IMG/VR virus record: IMGVR_UViG_3300010396_000037
Strand: one strand, 5' to 3'
From: a virus
DNA length: 64,000 bases
The position numbers and the translations under genes are program-made. The notes beneath the pieces were generated by a model, which saw only the letters and a list, made by a program, of their open reading frames with translations, ran no database searches and was not told the origin of the DNA. This document shows positions 1 through 8,925 of the stretch, in pieces. Every line of letters begins with the position of its first letter. Positions within the stretch are counted from its first letter, which is position 1.

Positions 1-1428
1 CCATTAAAGAAAGACGTGGGCGAGAAGAACCAATCTATTGTAGGTGGTTATGTCAAAAACCCAAATCCTGGTATGTATCATTGGGTTGTAACCTTTGACG
101 CGTCATCCCTGTACCCTTCTTTGATTCGACAATTGAATATCAGTCCAGAGACACTTCAGGGTGTAATGTATTCTGTCGACAGGTCTGACTTAGATGGTAG
201 TGGTTGGGAAGAAGCGAGGGCGTTGGCTCAAGAAAACAATTGGACGATTGCTTCTAATGGCGCAGCTTTTGATGTTGAAAGAAGTGGATGTCTACCAGAA
301 TTGATGTACATCTATTATCAGAAAAAGAATGATGCGTCAAAACTTCAAATTGAAGCAGAAAAAGAGTTACAGCTGAAACCTGGTGATAAGGAATTAGAAC
401 TTCGCATTCAGAATCTGAAGTCAAAGATATTCGCAACCAAGGTGCTACTCAATTCTTGTTTCGGTGCAACATCTAATCCTTACTTCCAGTTCTCTGACGA
501 TAGAATCGCGGAAGCAATTACAACTTCAGGTCAGACGTTGATTCAGACCGCTGCAAAAAGAGTCAATGCACAATTTTGCAAGATCATGAAAAGCAATCGT
601 GATTACATTATTGCTTCTGATACAGACTCAATTATTGTGGATTGTTCTTCAATTGTTGAAGCTGCCAAATGGAATGGTTCTTTGAATCCAACTGCGTCTG
701 TTGAAGAAACAACCAAGTTCCTCAATAGATTGTGCGAAGCTAAACTGAACCCATTGCTTGATGAAATCATGGATGAGATAGTTAGCAAGACTCATGCTCG
801 TGAAAAAGCAGTGTTCATGGTGCGTGAAGCAATTTGCGACACAGTAGTTTGGGTGGCTGCTAAGAATTACATGATGCGCATTTGGAACAACAAAGGCGTC
901 ACATACAAGAATCCTAAATACAAGATCATGGGTCTTGAAGCTGTTCGTTCTACCACTCCAACTGCTTGTAGAAAAGCTTTGAAGCATTCAATTGAATTGA
1001 TACTAGATGAAAATCAACAGGGATTGTTAGATTACATAGAGGAATTCAAGAAAGTATTTTGGAACTCTGATTATTCTGAAGTCAGTAAGAACATTAGCGT
1101 GAGATTTGGTTCACCTGTTGTTACTCAACAGATCAGAGCAGCAACAGTGTATAACAATGCCATCAAAGAAAGAAATTTGGAAAATCTCTATTCTTTGATA
1201 TCACATGGTAGTAAAATACGCCTCTTGCATCTAAAGAAACCAAATCCATTGGGGTCTGATATTATTGGATTCCCAGAAGGCAAGCTTCCAAAGGAATTTG
1301 GAATTGACAAGTATATTGACAAAGAACAAATGTTTGAAAAGACATTCATGGTTCCGCTTGAAAAGATGGTTAAAGCAGGTGGAATGAGTATTAAGCAAGA
1401 AGATTCATTGTCTGCATTTTTTGTTTGA
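1..1428 (+). CDS. 43: Family B DNA polymerase (gp43), C-terminal part, truncated by the window edge
   Basis: Motifs FDASSLYPS, KVLLNSCFG, SDTDS, KIMGLEAVRSTTP. The frame is open back to base 1. Ends SLSAFFV, a clamp-binding-like peptide. Confidence 0.95.
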   Translation, partial: PLKKDVGEKNQSIVGGYVKNPNPGMYHWVVTFDASSLYPSLIRQLNISPETLQGVMYSVDRSDLDGSGWEEARALAQENNWTIASNGAAFDVERSGCLPELMYIYYQKKNDASKLQIEAEKELQLKPGDKELELRIQNLKSKIFATKVLLNSCFGATSNPYFQFSDDRIAEAITTSGQTLIQTAAKRVNAQFCKIMKSNRDYIIASDTDSIIVDCSSIVEAAKWNGSLNPTASVEETTKFLNRLCEAKLNPLLDEIMDEIVSKTHAREKAVFMVREAICDTVVWVAAKNYMMRIWNNKGVTYKNPKYKIMGLEAVRSTTPTACRKALKHSIELILDENQQGLLDYIEEFKKVFWNSDYSEVSKNISVRFGSPVVTQQIRAATVYNNAIKERNLENLYSLISHGSKIRLLHLKKPNPLGSDIIGFPEGKLPKEFGIDKYIDKEQMFEKTFMVPLEKMVKAGGMSIKQEDSLSAFFV

Positions 1429-1437
1429 GGATTAGAT

Positions 1438-2484
1438 ATGGCAAATGTTGAATTACTGAAAAGATTAAAAGCAGCATCAACTATTGATGAAACATCAATG
1501 CTGGAAGATTCAGTGGTGTTTCAGAAAAAGGATTTGGTTCAGACTCCTGTTCCAATGTTGAATGTTGCATTATCAGGCATGCTGGATGGCGGATTTGCTT
1601 CTGGCTTGACGGTATTTGCGGGTGAGAGCAAAAGGTTCAAGACTATGTATGTCTTGATTTGTGCTGCTGCTTATCTGAAGAAATATCCTGATTCTGTTCT
1701 TTTGTTTTATGATTCTGAATTTGGTACTCCACAATCATATTTCAGTTCACTTGGTATTCCTCTGGATAGAGTGATTCATACACCTATTACAACTGTTGAA
1801 CAATTGCGTTCAGATATAGCCAATCAGTTGAATGCTATCAAGAAAGGAGACAGAATTTTCATTGCAGTTGATTCTGTAGGAAATCTTGCGTCTGCAAAAG
1901 AAGTCAATGATGCCTTAGACGAGAAGTCCGTAGCAGATATGACACGCGCCAAACAATTGAAGTCTCTCTTTCGTATTATCACTCCACAGTTGACATTGAA
2001 AGATGTTCCATGTTTTGTTGTTAATCATACTTACAAAACCATGGAGCTTTATTCCAAAGATGTTGTATCTGGCGGAACAGGTGTTTATTATAGCTCTGAT
2101 AACATCTTTATTATTGGTCGACAACAAGAAAAAGAAAAAGATAAATTGTCTGGTTTTAATTTCATTATTAATGTAGAGAAGTCACGTTTTGTAAAGGAAA
2201 AGAGTAAAATACCGATTAGTGTTTCTTTTGAGCATGGTATGCAAAAGAATTCTGGATTGCTTGAATTGGCTCTTGAGTTGAATTATGTAACTTCGCCAAA
2301 ATTGGGACAATATGCTTTCGTGAATCGCAAGACTGGTGAAGTAGAAGATAAGACATTCAAAAAGACCGAAACCACTAAACCAGAATTTTCCAAACGTTTG
2401 TTGGATGATGTTGATTTTCAAGAAGCTGTTAAGGATAAGTTTCAGATTGCTAGGACAGCTCTGTTTAAGAATGATGAGGAATAA
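1438..2484 (+). CDS. uvsX: RecA-like recombinase UvsX
   Basis: AGESKRFKT P-loop, FYDSEFG, DSVGNLAS, DMTRAK, VVSGGTG; lies between gp43 and gp41. Confidence 0.95.
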   Translation: MANVELLKRLKAASTIDETSMLEDSVVFQKKDLVQTPVPMLNVALSGMLDGGFASGLTVFAGESKRFKTMYVLICAAAYLKKYPDSVLLFYDSEFGTPQSYFSSLGIPLDRVIHTPITTVEQLRSDIANQLNAIKKGDRIFIAVDSVGNLASAKEVNDALDEKSVADMTRAKQLKSLFRIITPQLTLKDVPCFVVNHTYKTMELYSKDVVSGGTGVYYSSDNIFIIGRQQEKEKDKLSGFNFIINVEKSRFVKEKSKIPISVSFEHGMQKNSGLLELALELNYVTSPKLGQYAFVNRKTGEVEDKTFKKTETTKPEFSKRLLDDVDFQEAVKDKFQIARTALFKNDEE

Positions 2485-2486
2485 GA

Positions 2487-3902
2487 ATGCCACAACCAAT
2501 CGAAGTTGAAATTTTAAACGGTTTGGTGTTTGATTCGGAGTTTGCTAAGCTTGCTTTGCCGCACTTTGAAGATGAATATTTTTCTGATGATGGTACAAGA
2601 ACAGTTTTGAGCCTTGCTCGTGATTATATTGGTAAGTACGGAAGTCAACCAACGATTGATGCTTTAGCAATTGATCTGCAATCTGTAAAAGAGTTGACAC
2701 AGGACCAGTTTGAAGGTGCTAAGAATGTTATTCAAGAATTGAAACCGAGTGAAACTGACTACAAATGGCTGGTAGATAAAGCTGAAGGATTCTGCCAAGA
2801 TCGTGCTTTGTATCTTGGTATCATGCAAGCCATTCACATTGTTGATGGTAAGGAAACCAAGCATGGTATCTCTAAAGGAGCAATTCCTGACTTACTGCAA
2901 AAGGCATTGGCTGTCAATTTTGATCGTTCCATAGGTCATGATTACTTTTCTCAAGCTGATGCTCGTTTTGCATTCTATCATAATGATGAAGAACACATAC
3001 CATTTGATCTGGAGATGCTCAACCGCATCACCAAAGGTGGTTTGTACCGCAAGACTTTAAATGTTTTCACCGCTGCACCAGGAGTTGGTAAAACTCTGAC
3101 AATGTGCCATATGGCTGCATCATATGTTGCATCTGGTTTGAAAGTTCTATACATCACAATGGAAATGTCTGAAGAAAGGATTGCTCAGAGAATTGACGCG
3201 AACTTACTTGATGTATCCTTGAATGAGATAGAAAATATTTCTAGAGCGGATTTTGATTCCAGAGTGCAAAGAGCACGTTCCAGAATGACGGGTGATATAG
3301 TCATCAAAGAATTCCCGACTGGTGGTGGAAACGTCAATCATTTCAGACATTTACTTTCTGAATTGGACCAGAAGAAGAGATTCAAACCGGATGTTATCTT
3401 CGTTGACTATATGAATATTTGTTCATCAGCCCGTTACCGTAATGGCGATGGAGCAAATAGTTATTCTGTCGTGAAAGCTATTGCTGAAGAGTTGAGAGGC
3501 ATGGCGGTTGAATTCAATGTTCCCGTTGTTACAGCAACACAGTTTAACCGTGAAGGAGCGGGTTCGTCTGATCCTGAAATGACGAATACATCAGACAGCT
3601 TCGGAACACCCATGACGGCTGACTTGCAATTGGCAATCTACTCTACTCCAGACCTGGATGAACAGGGTAAGTTGGTTATCAAGCAATTGAAGAATCGCTA
3701 CAATGATAAGACAGAATACAAGAAGTTTCTGTTAAGAGTGGATAAGAGCAAAATGCGTTTGATGGATGATGATGTGCTGGAAGGATACTCAACTTCTTTG
3801 TCTGATAAGGAAAAGAAGAACATTGAAGAAATGTCTAATGCTCGCAAACCAACACATGATGAAAAATCATTTGGTGGGTTTGATTTTGGAGAGGATGAAT
3901 AA
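2487..3902 (+). CDS. 41: Replicative DnaB-like helicase gp41
   Basis: APGVGKT Walker A, YITMEMSEERIAQRIDANL, VDYMNI, AEELRG, TATQFNR, KQLKNRY. Confidence 0.95.
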   Translation: MPQPIEVEILNGLVFDSEFAKLALPHFEDEYFSDDGTRTVLSLARDYIGKYGSQPTIDALAIDLQSVKELTQDQFEGAKNVIQELKPSETDYKWLVDKAEGFCQDRALYLGIMQAIHIVDGKETKHGISKGAIPDLLQKALAVNFDRSIGHDYFSQADARFAFYHNDEEHIPFDLEMLNRITKGGLYRKTLNVFTAAPGVGKTLTMCHMAASYVASGLKVLYITMEMSEERIAQRIDANLLDVSLNEIENISRADFDSRVQRARSRMTGDIVIKEFPTGGGNVNHFRHLLSELDQKKRFKPDVIFVDYMNICSSARYRNGDGANSYSVVKAIAEELRGMAVEFNVPVVTATQFNREGAGSSDPEMTNTSDSFGTPMTADLQLAIYSTPDLDEQGKLVIKQLKNRYNDKTEYKKFLLRVDKSKMRLMDDDVLEGYSTSLSDKEKKNIEEMSNARKPTHDEKSFGGFDFGEDE

Positions 3903-3903
3903 T

Positions 3904-5085
3904 ATGCGCGTATGTGTACTCTATTGGCCTATCAGTGGTGTGGGTGGTATCTCAACTTTCATGAAGCATATGAAAGCAGTCGCAGATGATCGTGGAGATA
4001 CATTCCATGTTCTCTGTTCGCCAAATCAGAAAGGTAAAGAAGTTGGGTTATTGCCAGAAGCAACTGAAGTGGCTGGTGGTTCATCTAACATCTTGATTGA
4101 TGGATATGTGCCGCATCATCCATCTAACTTCGAGAAGTCCGCTGATTTCATCGCCAAGAATTATGACGTGGTTCTAACAGCCCATTTATGTCCAAGACCT
4201 AACAAGTCTTATGGTGAAGAACCCGTTTTCTTAAATCTTCTGAATGAATTGCATGCAAAAAATGTTAGAATGATTGGATTCATTCATGATGGGTATTGGG
4301 ACACTTACAAGGAGTTCGGCATTCCAACTCTTGAGTTAATGCAGAAAACAATTATTGCGCAGCCAACTTATGCCAAACCAATTCTAACAGAAAAACACTA
4401 TCCAATTGAACCAACTTATCTGGCCATTCATCCACGAATTCTAGAAGCCAATAAACTTGAAGGCGATCAAAGAAATCGTAAGCGCGTTGTCTGGTTGCCA
4501 CAATGGAAGCGCATCAAAGGTACACACCTGATGCTACAAGGACTTCCTGAGGCAGAACAGATAGGATATGATGTACATCTTTATGGATGCGGCATTGATT
4601 ATTACAACGCATGTTTGGAAGATAGCTGGAAGAAGATGATTGGTAAAGATCTATTCCGTCCAGATTGTTCTGGCCAAGGAACAGCAACTTATTTCGGTAC
4701 AAGACCATACAACGAAGTTTCTGTTGCTTTACAACAAGCAACTTTCTCACTAGATTTCCAAGGTCACAGTGCAAAATATAAGACTGCATATGAAACTGGT
4801 TCTTACAATTATACTCATCTTGAAAGTCTATATTGGGGATGCGTACCTGTTGTGCATAAAAATTTCTTGAAGAATGACATACCAGATGATTTGGTTCTTG
4901 CTCTTGACCACCCTGAAATGTGGGCAAACGCCATCAAGAAGTATTGTAGCTTTAATTACCCAACCGAAAAAGCCAGGGAGTATGTATTGGAACATCATTC
5001 TGCTACAAGGCATTATGACCAGACATTTTCAATGGAATGTAAAGAGATTAAGGAAGAAGGTGGTCTTTCGGCATTCTTTGTATGA
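3904..5085 (+). CDS. GT-B fold glycosyltransferase, putative DNA-modifying
   Basis: N-terminal beta strand plus GVGGISTF; KRIKG and YTHLESLYWGCVPVV (GT4-like nucleotide-sugar-binding segment). The start at 3904 follows GAGGA. Ends GLSAFFV. Confidence 0.75.
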   Translation: MRVCVLYWPISGVGGISTFMKHMKAVADDRGDTFHVLCSPNQKGKEVGLLPEATEVAGGSSNILIDGYVPHHPSNFEKSADFIAKNYDVVLTAHLCPRPNKSYGEEPVFLNLLNELHAKNVRMIGFIHDGYWDTYKEFGIPTLELMQKTIIAQPTYAKPILTEKHYPIEPTYLAIHPRILEANKLEGDQRNRKRVVWLPQWKRIKGTHLMLQGLPEAEQIGYDVHLYGCGIDYYNACLEDSWKKMIGKDLFRPDCSGQGTATYFGTRPYNEVSVALQQATFSLDFQGHSAKYKTAYETGSYNYTHLESLYWGCVPVVHKNFLKNDIPDDLVLALDHPEMWANAIKKYCSFNYPTEKAREYVLEHHSATRHYDQTFSMECKEIKEEGGLSAFFV

Positions 5086-5462
5086 ATCGTTGGACTTACA
5101 ATGGTTTTGACTATGATGAATCTAAAGGAGCATTCGGATTCATCTATTTGATTACAAATCTTGAAACAGGCAAAATGTACGTCGGTAAGAAAAGTTTCAA
5201 GAGATGGGATGGAGAAGAGAGCGATTGGAGAACATATCATGGCTCATGTAAGAGTCTGAATGAAGACCTGCGTGAAAAGAACTCTTTGAAGAGAGAGATT
5301 CTCTACATTTGTGAAACTGAAGAAGAAATGGATAAACTGGAAATTGAAGAGCAATTAAAGCGTGATGTTGTGAATGATCCTAGATATTACAATCGCAGAG
5401 TTGGGGATAGATTTCTAGGCATGAAACGTGTGAATGGTAGGCTACAGAAGAAAACAGCATGA
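5082..5462 (+). CDS. Small GIY-YIG (Seg-like) nuclease, catalytic domain only
   Basis: FGFIYLITN..GKMYVGKK, YHGS, REIL, E..Q, YYN. Confidence 0.75.
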   Translation: MNRWTYNGFDYDESKGAFGFIYLITNLETGKMYVGKKSFKRWDGEESDWRTYHGSCKSLNEDLREKNSLKREILYICETEEEMDKLEIEEQLKRDVVNDPRYYNRRVGDRFLGMKRVNGRLQKKTA

Positions 5463-5524
5463 AACGTGTGGTAGATAACACTAAACCAGTGAAGATTGTT
5501 ATAGAGCCTCATGCAGACAATTAG
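5459..5524 (+). pseudogene. Orphaned original N-terminus of the PIG-L deacetylase (MKRVVDNTKPVKIVIEPHADN*)
   Basis: Translated by hand. The ATG overlaps the upstream stop (ATGA), and the ORF encodes a canonical IVIEPHAD motif before stopping at the start of the endonuclease cassette. Confidence 0.7.
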
Positions 5525-5563
5525 AGAAAGTATAAATATCTTCAATTGAATAGAGGATATTTT

Positions 5564-6322
5564 ATGAAGGAGTGGATATATAAAGGCGAAGAATTAGCAC
5601 AAGTTCCTGGCAATGCATTTGGATTTATCTATTGCATAACTAATGTTAATTCTGGGCAGAAATATATAGGCCGAAAACAATTTGTCACCCAAAAAGGAGT
5701 AGAAACAAATTGGAAAACTTATTTTGGGTCTAGTATGCATTTGTCTAAAGATGTAGAAAAATTAGGCAAAAAATGTTTTCTTAGGGAAATTATTAGCGTT
5801 CACTCATCTAATTCAGAATTGTGTGAAGCGGAAGTGACGGAACAAGAGAATAGAAATGTTCTGTATGAAATTTTACCCAATGGCGAAAGAGCATATTACA
5901 ACAGATGTATAAAAGGCAAAGAATTTTATATCAATATGTTGGAGAAATGGCAAGACCCAGAGTACAGGAAGCATCAAGAAGAAATGCATAAAGAAACATG
6001 GAAAAATCCAGACTATAGGAAGAGGATGTCTGATGCTCATAAAGGACAAGTCCAATGGAATTTAGGATTAAAAGGAACGCAACCTGTTACAGAAGAATTA
6101 AGAGCAAAGAGAAGAAAGTTATCCAGACAACTGTGGAATGATCCAGTTTATAGAGAAAATTGTTTGAATGCCTGTAAATCAGAGGATCGAAGAAAGAAGT
6201 TGTCTGATGCCCATAAGGGTAAAAAATGGATAACTAATGGCAGCAGAAGCGTTCTGTTTAGAGGAGAAAATCTCCCAGAAGGTTACAGATATGGCAGGAA
6301 ATATTCCCCAAATAGTTTGTGA
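5564..6322 (+). mobile_element. Free-standing GIY-YIG homing endonuclease with NUMOD3-like DNA-binding repeats
   Basis: FGFIYCITN..GQKYIGRK, YFGS; repeats RKRMSDAHKG and RKKLSDAHKG; KWITNG tail; AT-rich; own TATAAATA promoter at 5531 and GAGGA RBS. Confidence 0.85.
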
Positions 6323-6857
6323 AACCCATGCCGATGATGCCTTTTTGAGTATGGGGCAGCATTTAGAAGATTGGCATAAACAAAGGATTCCTACAGCTAT
6401 TGTTACAGTTTTCAGTGGTACTAGAAAGAGAGCTGTAGATGCACAGAAATACGCAGATGCTGTAGGAGCAAAATGGGAAGGTTGGGGGTTTGTAGAAGGG
6501 GAACCATTACCCAATGATCTTTCTATGTATTTGCAAAATTCAAAAATATCTTTATTTCCTTTCTCGGAAAGTGTTGAATGGTATATAAATCTTGCTCTAA
6601 CACACCCGGAACATAAGAGGGTAAGAGAGTTGCTGGAACCTGCGGCAGCTGGAATGTATGTTGATCAGCCTTATGCTATCACACAAAAGAATGCTCCTAT
6701 TGTAACAGAACTCATGAAAGGAAGAACAGTTCTGAGTTACAAACATCCTGGGAAGCGTAAGTATCGCCACATTCCTCTGTTCAAAGACCAATCAAAGTTC
6801 TTTTATTTCAACAATGAAGAGAAACTTCTTCAGACCTTTGAAATGATCGTCCAATAA
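6291..6857 (+). CDS. PIG-L/LmbE-family de-N-acetylase
   Basis: HADDAFLSMG (HxDD), VTVFSG, R..D...ADAVGA, THPEH (HxxH), Y.DQPYA. The ATG at 6291 lies inside the endonuclease 3' end. Confidence 0.75.
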   Translation: MAGNIPQIVCETHADDAFLSMGQHLEDWHKQRIPTAIVTVFSGTRKRAVDAQKYADAVGAKWEGWGFVEGEPLPNDLSMYLQNSKISLFPFSESVEWYINLALTHPEHKRVRELLEPAAAGMYVDQPYAITQKNAPIVTELMKGRTVLSYKHPGKRKYRHIPLFKDQSKFFYFNNEEKLLQTFEMIVQ

Positions 6858-6885
6858 ATAAAATAGTTATTTACATAGAGACAGA

Positions 6886-7440
6886 ATGATGAAGACTTTC
6901 ACTGAATTCTTGGTAGAATCTTCCTTCACCCACGATAGGAAAGAATATGAAAGTCATCCTTTCCTGAAATCTAAAGGACTAACCAGATTGCGCAATGGCG
7001 CAAAAATTGTCGACAGTGATGATGGATCAATCTATCATGATCATTCTTCTAAAAATCCTCATGTAGTATATGCGTTCAAACAAGATGGCGAACATCATGT
7101 GCATGTTTATCCTGGAGATCCTAGATCAACAGAACCCACACATGCTGGAGTCGGCAAAACTCCAACCGAAGCAATGAATAATTTGAAACCTTTCAAACAG
7201 TATGCCAAGAAATATTTAGATGAGTCTGTTCTGAAGGAATTCCATCCAACGCCTGCTGGAAAGGAAGTTCCTGGGGCCGAGAGTGATCAAGGCGCTGAGA
7301 AATATGTCAAACAAGTGAATGGCAAGTGGGCACTGGTTTCACGTCATACTGGTCGTCCATTGAAATATTTTGATAGCAAACCTTCTCGTGAAGAGGCTGG
7401 CAAAGCTCTCCGCACGGTTGAATACTTCAAACACTCTTAA
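6886..7440 (+). CDS. Putative internal head protein with a T4 IP-like capsid-targeting N-terminus
   Basis: MKTFTEFLVE resembles the T4 internal-protein leader MKTYQEFIAE; internal LDE/LKE sites; His-rich; AATAAATA upstream. Confidence 0.6.
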   Translation: MMKTFTEFLVESSFTHDRKEYESHPFLKSKGLTRLRNGAKIVDSDDGSIYHDHSSKNPHVVYAFKQDGEHHVHVYPGDPRSTEPTHAGVGKTPTEAMNNLKPFKQYAKKYLDESVLKEFHPTPAGKEVPGAESDQGAEKYVKQVNGKWALVSRHTGRPLKYFDSKPSREEAGKALRTVEYFKHS

Positions 7441-7489
7441 TTTTGAATCAAACTGGCTTACACTAAACTTTTCCTAGTTGGAGGAGTTT

Positions 7490-7711
7490 ATGAGTCTGCC
7501 CAAAATTGAATTATGGAATCAGTCTCCAACTGAATTCAGTTATACAACTGAAAATAATGTAAGATATATGATAATCCCACTCCAACATACTGGAAAGCGG
7601 AGTTTAAGGATTTTTGATCCGCATGTATTGGGATGGAAATCTTTTGGACCATATGATACTACTAAGCAAGCTTATCAGGCAGCTTGCGAGTATGACAACA
7701 CACATGCCTGA
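7490..7711 (+). CDS. Hypothetical protein
   Basis: ORF with GGAGG RBS, downstream of a TTTTGA-N12-TACACT promoter. Confidence 0.55.
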   Translation: MSLPKIELWNQSPTEFSYTTENNVRYMIIPLQHTGKRSLRIFDPHVLGWKSFGPYDTTKQAYQAACEYDNTHA

Positions 7712-7733
7712 AACACACACATAGGAGAAACAA

Positions 7734-8009
7734 ATGAATAGTAAATCACAAACGCCGTATGAACTTAGAGCAGAACTTCTGAAGCGCGCCATTGACTTGG
7801 TCACTTATCAGACAGATGCAAATTATCAATATGCATTGGAGAATTTCAATAATGTTGCTCGTCTCATTGAATATTCCAATCAATTGAAGGATGAAGGATT
7901 TGTTGAAGCCAAGAAGCAGTTAGAAATGGCTAAAGATGGTTACAAGAGCATTATGTCTGCAGCGTTGGAAATGGCCGAATCCATGAATGCGTTCGTTTCC
8001 AAGAACTAA
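7734..8009 (+). CDS. Hypothetical protein (TPYELRAELLK family, common in T4-like phages)
   Basis: ORF with AGGAG RBS; recognisable N-terminal motif. Confidence 0.55.
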   Translation: MNSKSQTPYELRAELLKRAIDLVTYQTDANYQYALENFNNVARLIEYSNQLKDEGFVEAKKQLEMAKDGYKSIMSAALEMAESMNAFVSKN

Positions 8010-8560
8010 TGAACATAGCTGGAATTGATTGGAGTATGACTTCACCCGCTATCTGCATTGCAGATAGCGGTTATCCTTTTTGTTATGAGGATTGTAGATT
8101 TCATTTTTTCAGCAAGAAGGCTGATGATACAATCCAGCTTTTGCCTTATGATCCAATCCCAGCTTGGGACTCGCAGGAAGAAAGATTTCATTGGTATTCT
8201 AATTGGGCTCTAGATATTCTTTGGTTCTACAGAGTCAAGAAAGTAGTGATAGAAGGATATGCGTTTGGTTCTTCATCTGGTCTTGTCTTCAATATCGGGG
8301 AATCAACAGGTGCTTTGAAACAGATGATGTGGAAGAAGGGAATAGAATTTGAGACTGTTCCACCAACTGTTGTAAAGAAATTTGCGACAGGCAAAGGAAA
8401 CGCCAACAAGGACAAATTAAGAGAGCAGTTTGAAACAGAAAGTGGTTACACGCAGCTCAAAGCAGTGTTACATGAAACTGAAAAGCAGAACAATCCGTCA
8501 TCAGATATAGTGGATTCATATTTCATTTGTAAATATCTGTGGACACAGGTAAATTCTTGA
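8009..8560 (+). CDS. RuvC-like Holliday junction resolvase
   Basis: GIDWS, VIEGYAF, GE.TG.LK, PT.VKKFATGKGNA.K, DIVDS. Confidence 0.8.
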   Translation: MNIAGIDWSMTSPAICIADSGYPFCYEDCRFHFFSKKADDTIQLLPYDPIPAWDSQEERFHWYSNWALDILWFYRVKKVVIEGYAFGSSSGLVFNIGESTGALKQMMWKKGIEFETVPPTVVKKFATGKGNANKDKLREQFETESGYTQLKAVLHETEKQNNPSSDIVDSYFICKYLWTQVNS

Positions 8561-8664
8561 TTTTGTGGGTTTCTAATTCAATAAAATTAATGACTTAGGG
8601 ACGCTGTAAACTCTAACCCACACTACCCTACATTTCGTTCCTAAATCAACTGAATTTGACGTTT

Positions 8665-8925
8665 ATGACAGTCTATGTAGACAATATGCAGGCACAGTTC
8701 AAAAGAATGACAATGTGTCATATGTTGGCTGATACTACAGAAGAACTGTTAGAAATGGCTGATAAGATTGGAGTTGCTAGGAAGTGGTTACAGAAAGCTG
8801 GCACTTTGCATGAGCATTTTGATATTTGTATATCTAAGCGTAAACTAGCTGTTCAAGCAGGAGCCAGAGAAATAACATTGAGGCAGACTGGCGAACTGAT
8901 TCATAAAAAACGTGAACAGTTGTGA
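8665..8925 (+). CDS. DUF4031-family protein
   Basis: VYVD, CHMLADT.EEL..MA..IG...W.Q, HFDI..SKR.LAV.AGA. Confidence 0.75.
   Translation: MTVYVDNMQAQFKRMTMCHMLADTTEELLEMADKIGVARKWLQKAGTLHEHFDICISKRKLAVQAGAREITLRQTGELIHKKREQL

Noticed and set aside
16-1428. Split gp43 (separate gp43B gene starting at GTG 16)
   Set aside because: The frame is open to base 1, so the short length is explained by the window edge; a split cannot be shown.
5519-6330. Group I intron or ribosomal bypass restoring the deacetylase
   Set aside because: Only about 45 non-coding nt flank the endonuclease, too little for a ribozyme core. About 800 nt is far beyond the 50-nt gene 60 hop. The duplicated HAD motif is better explained by a replacement N-terminus.
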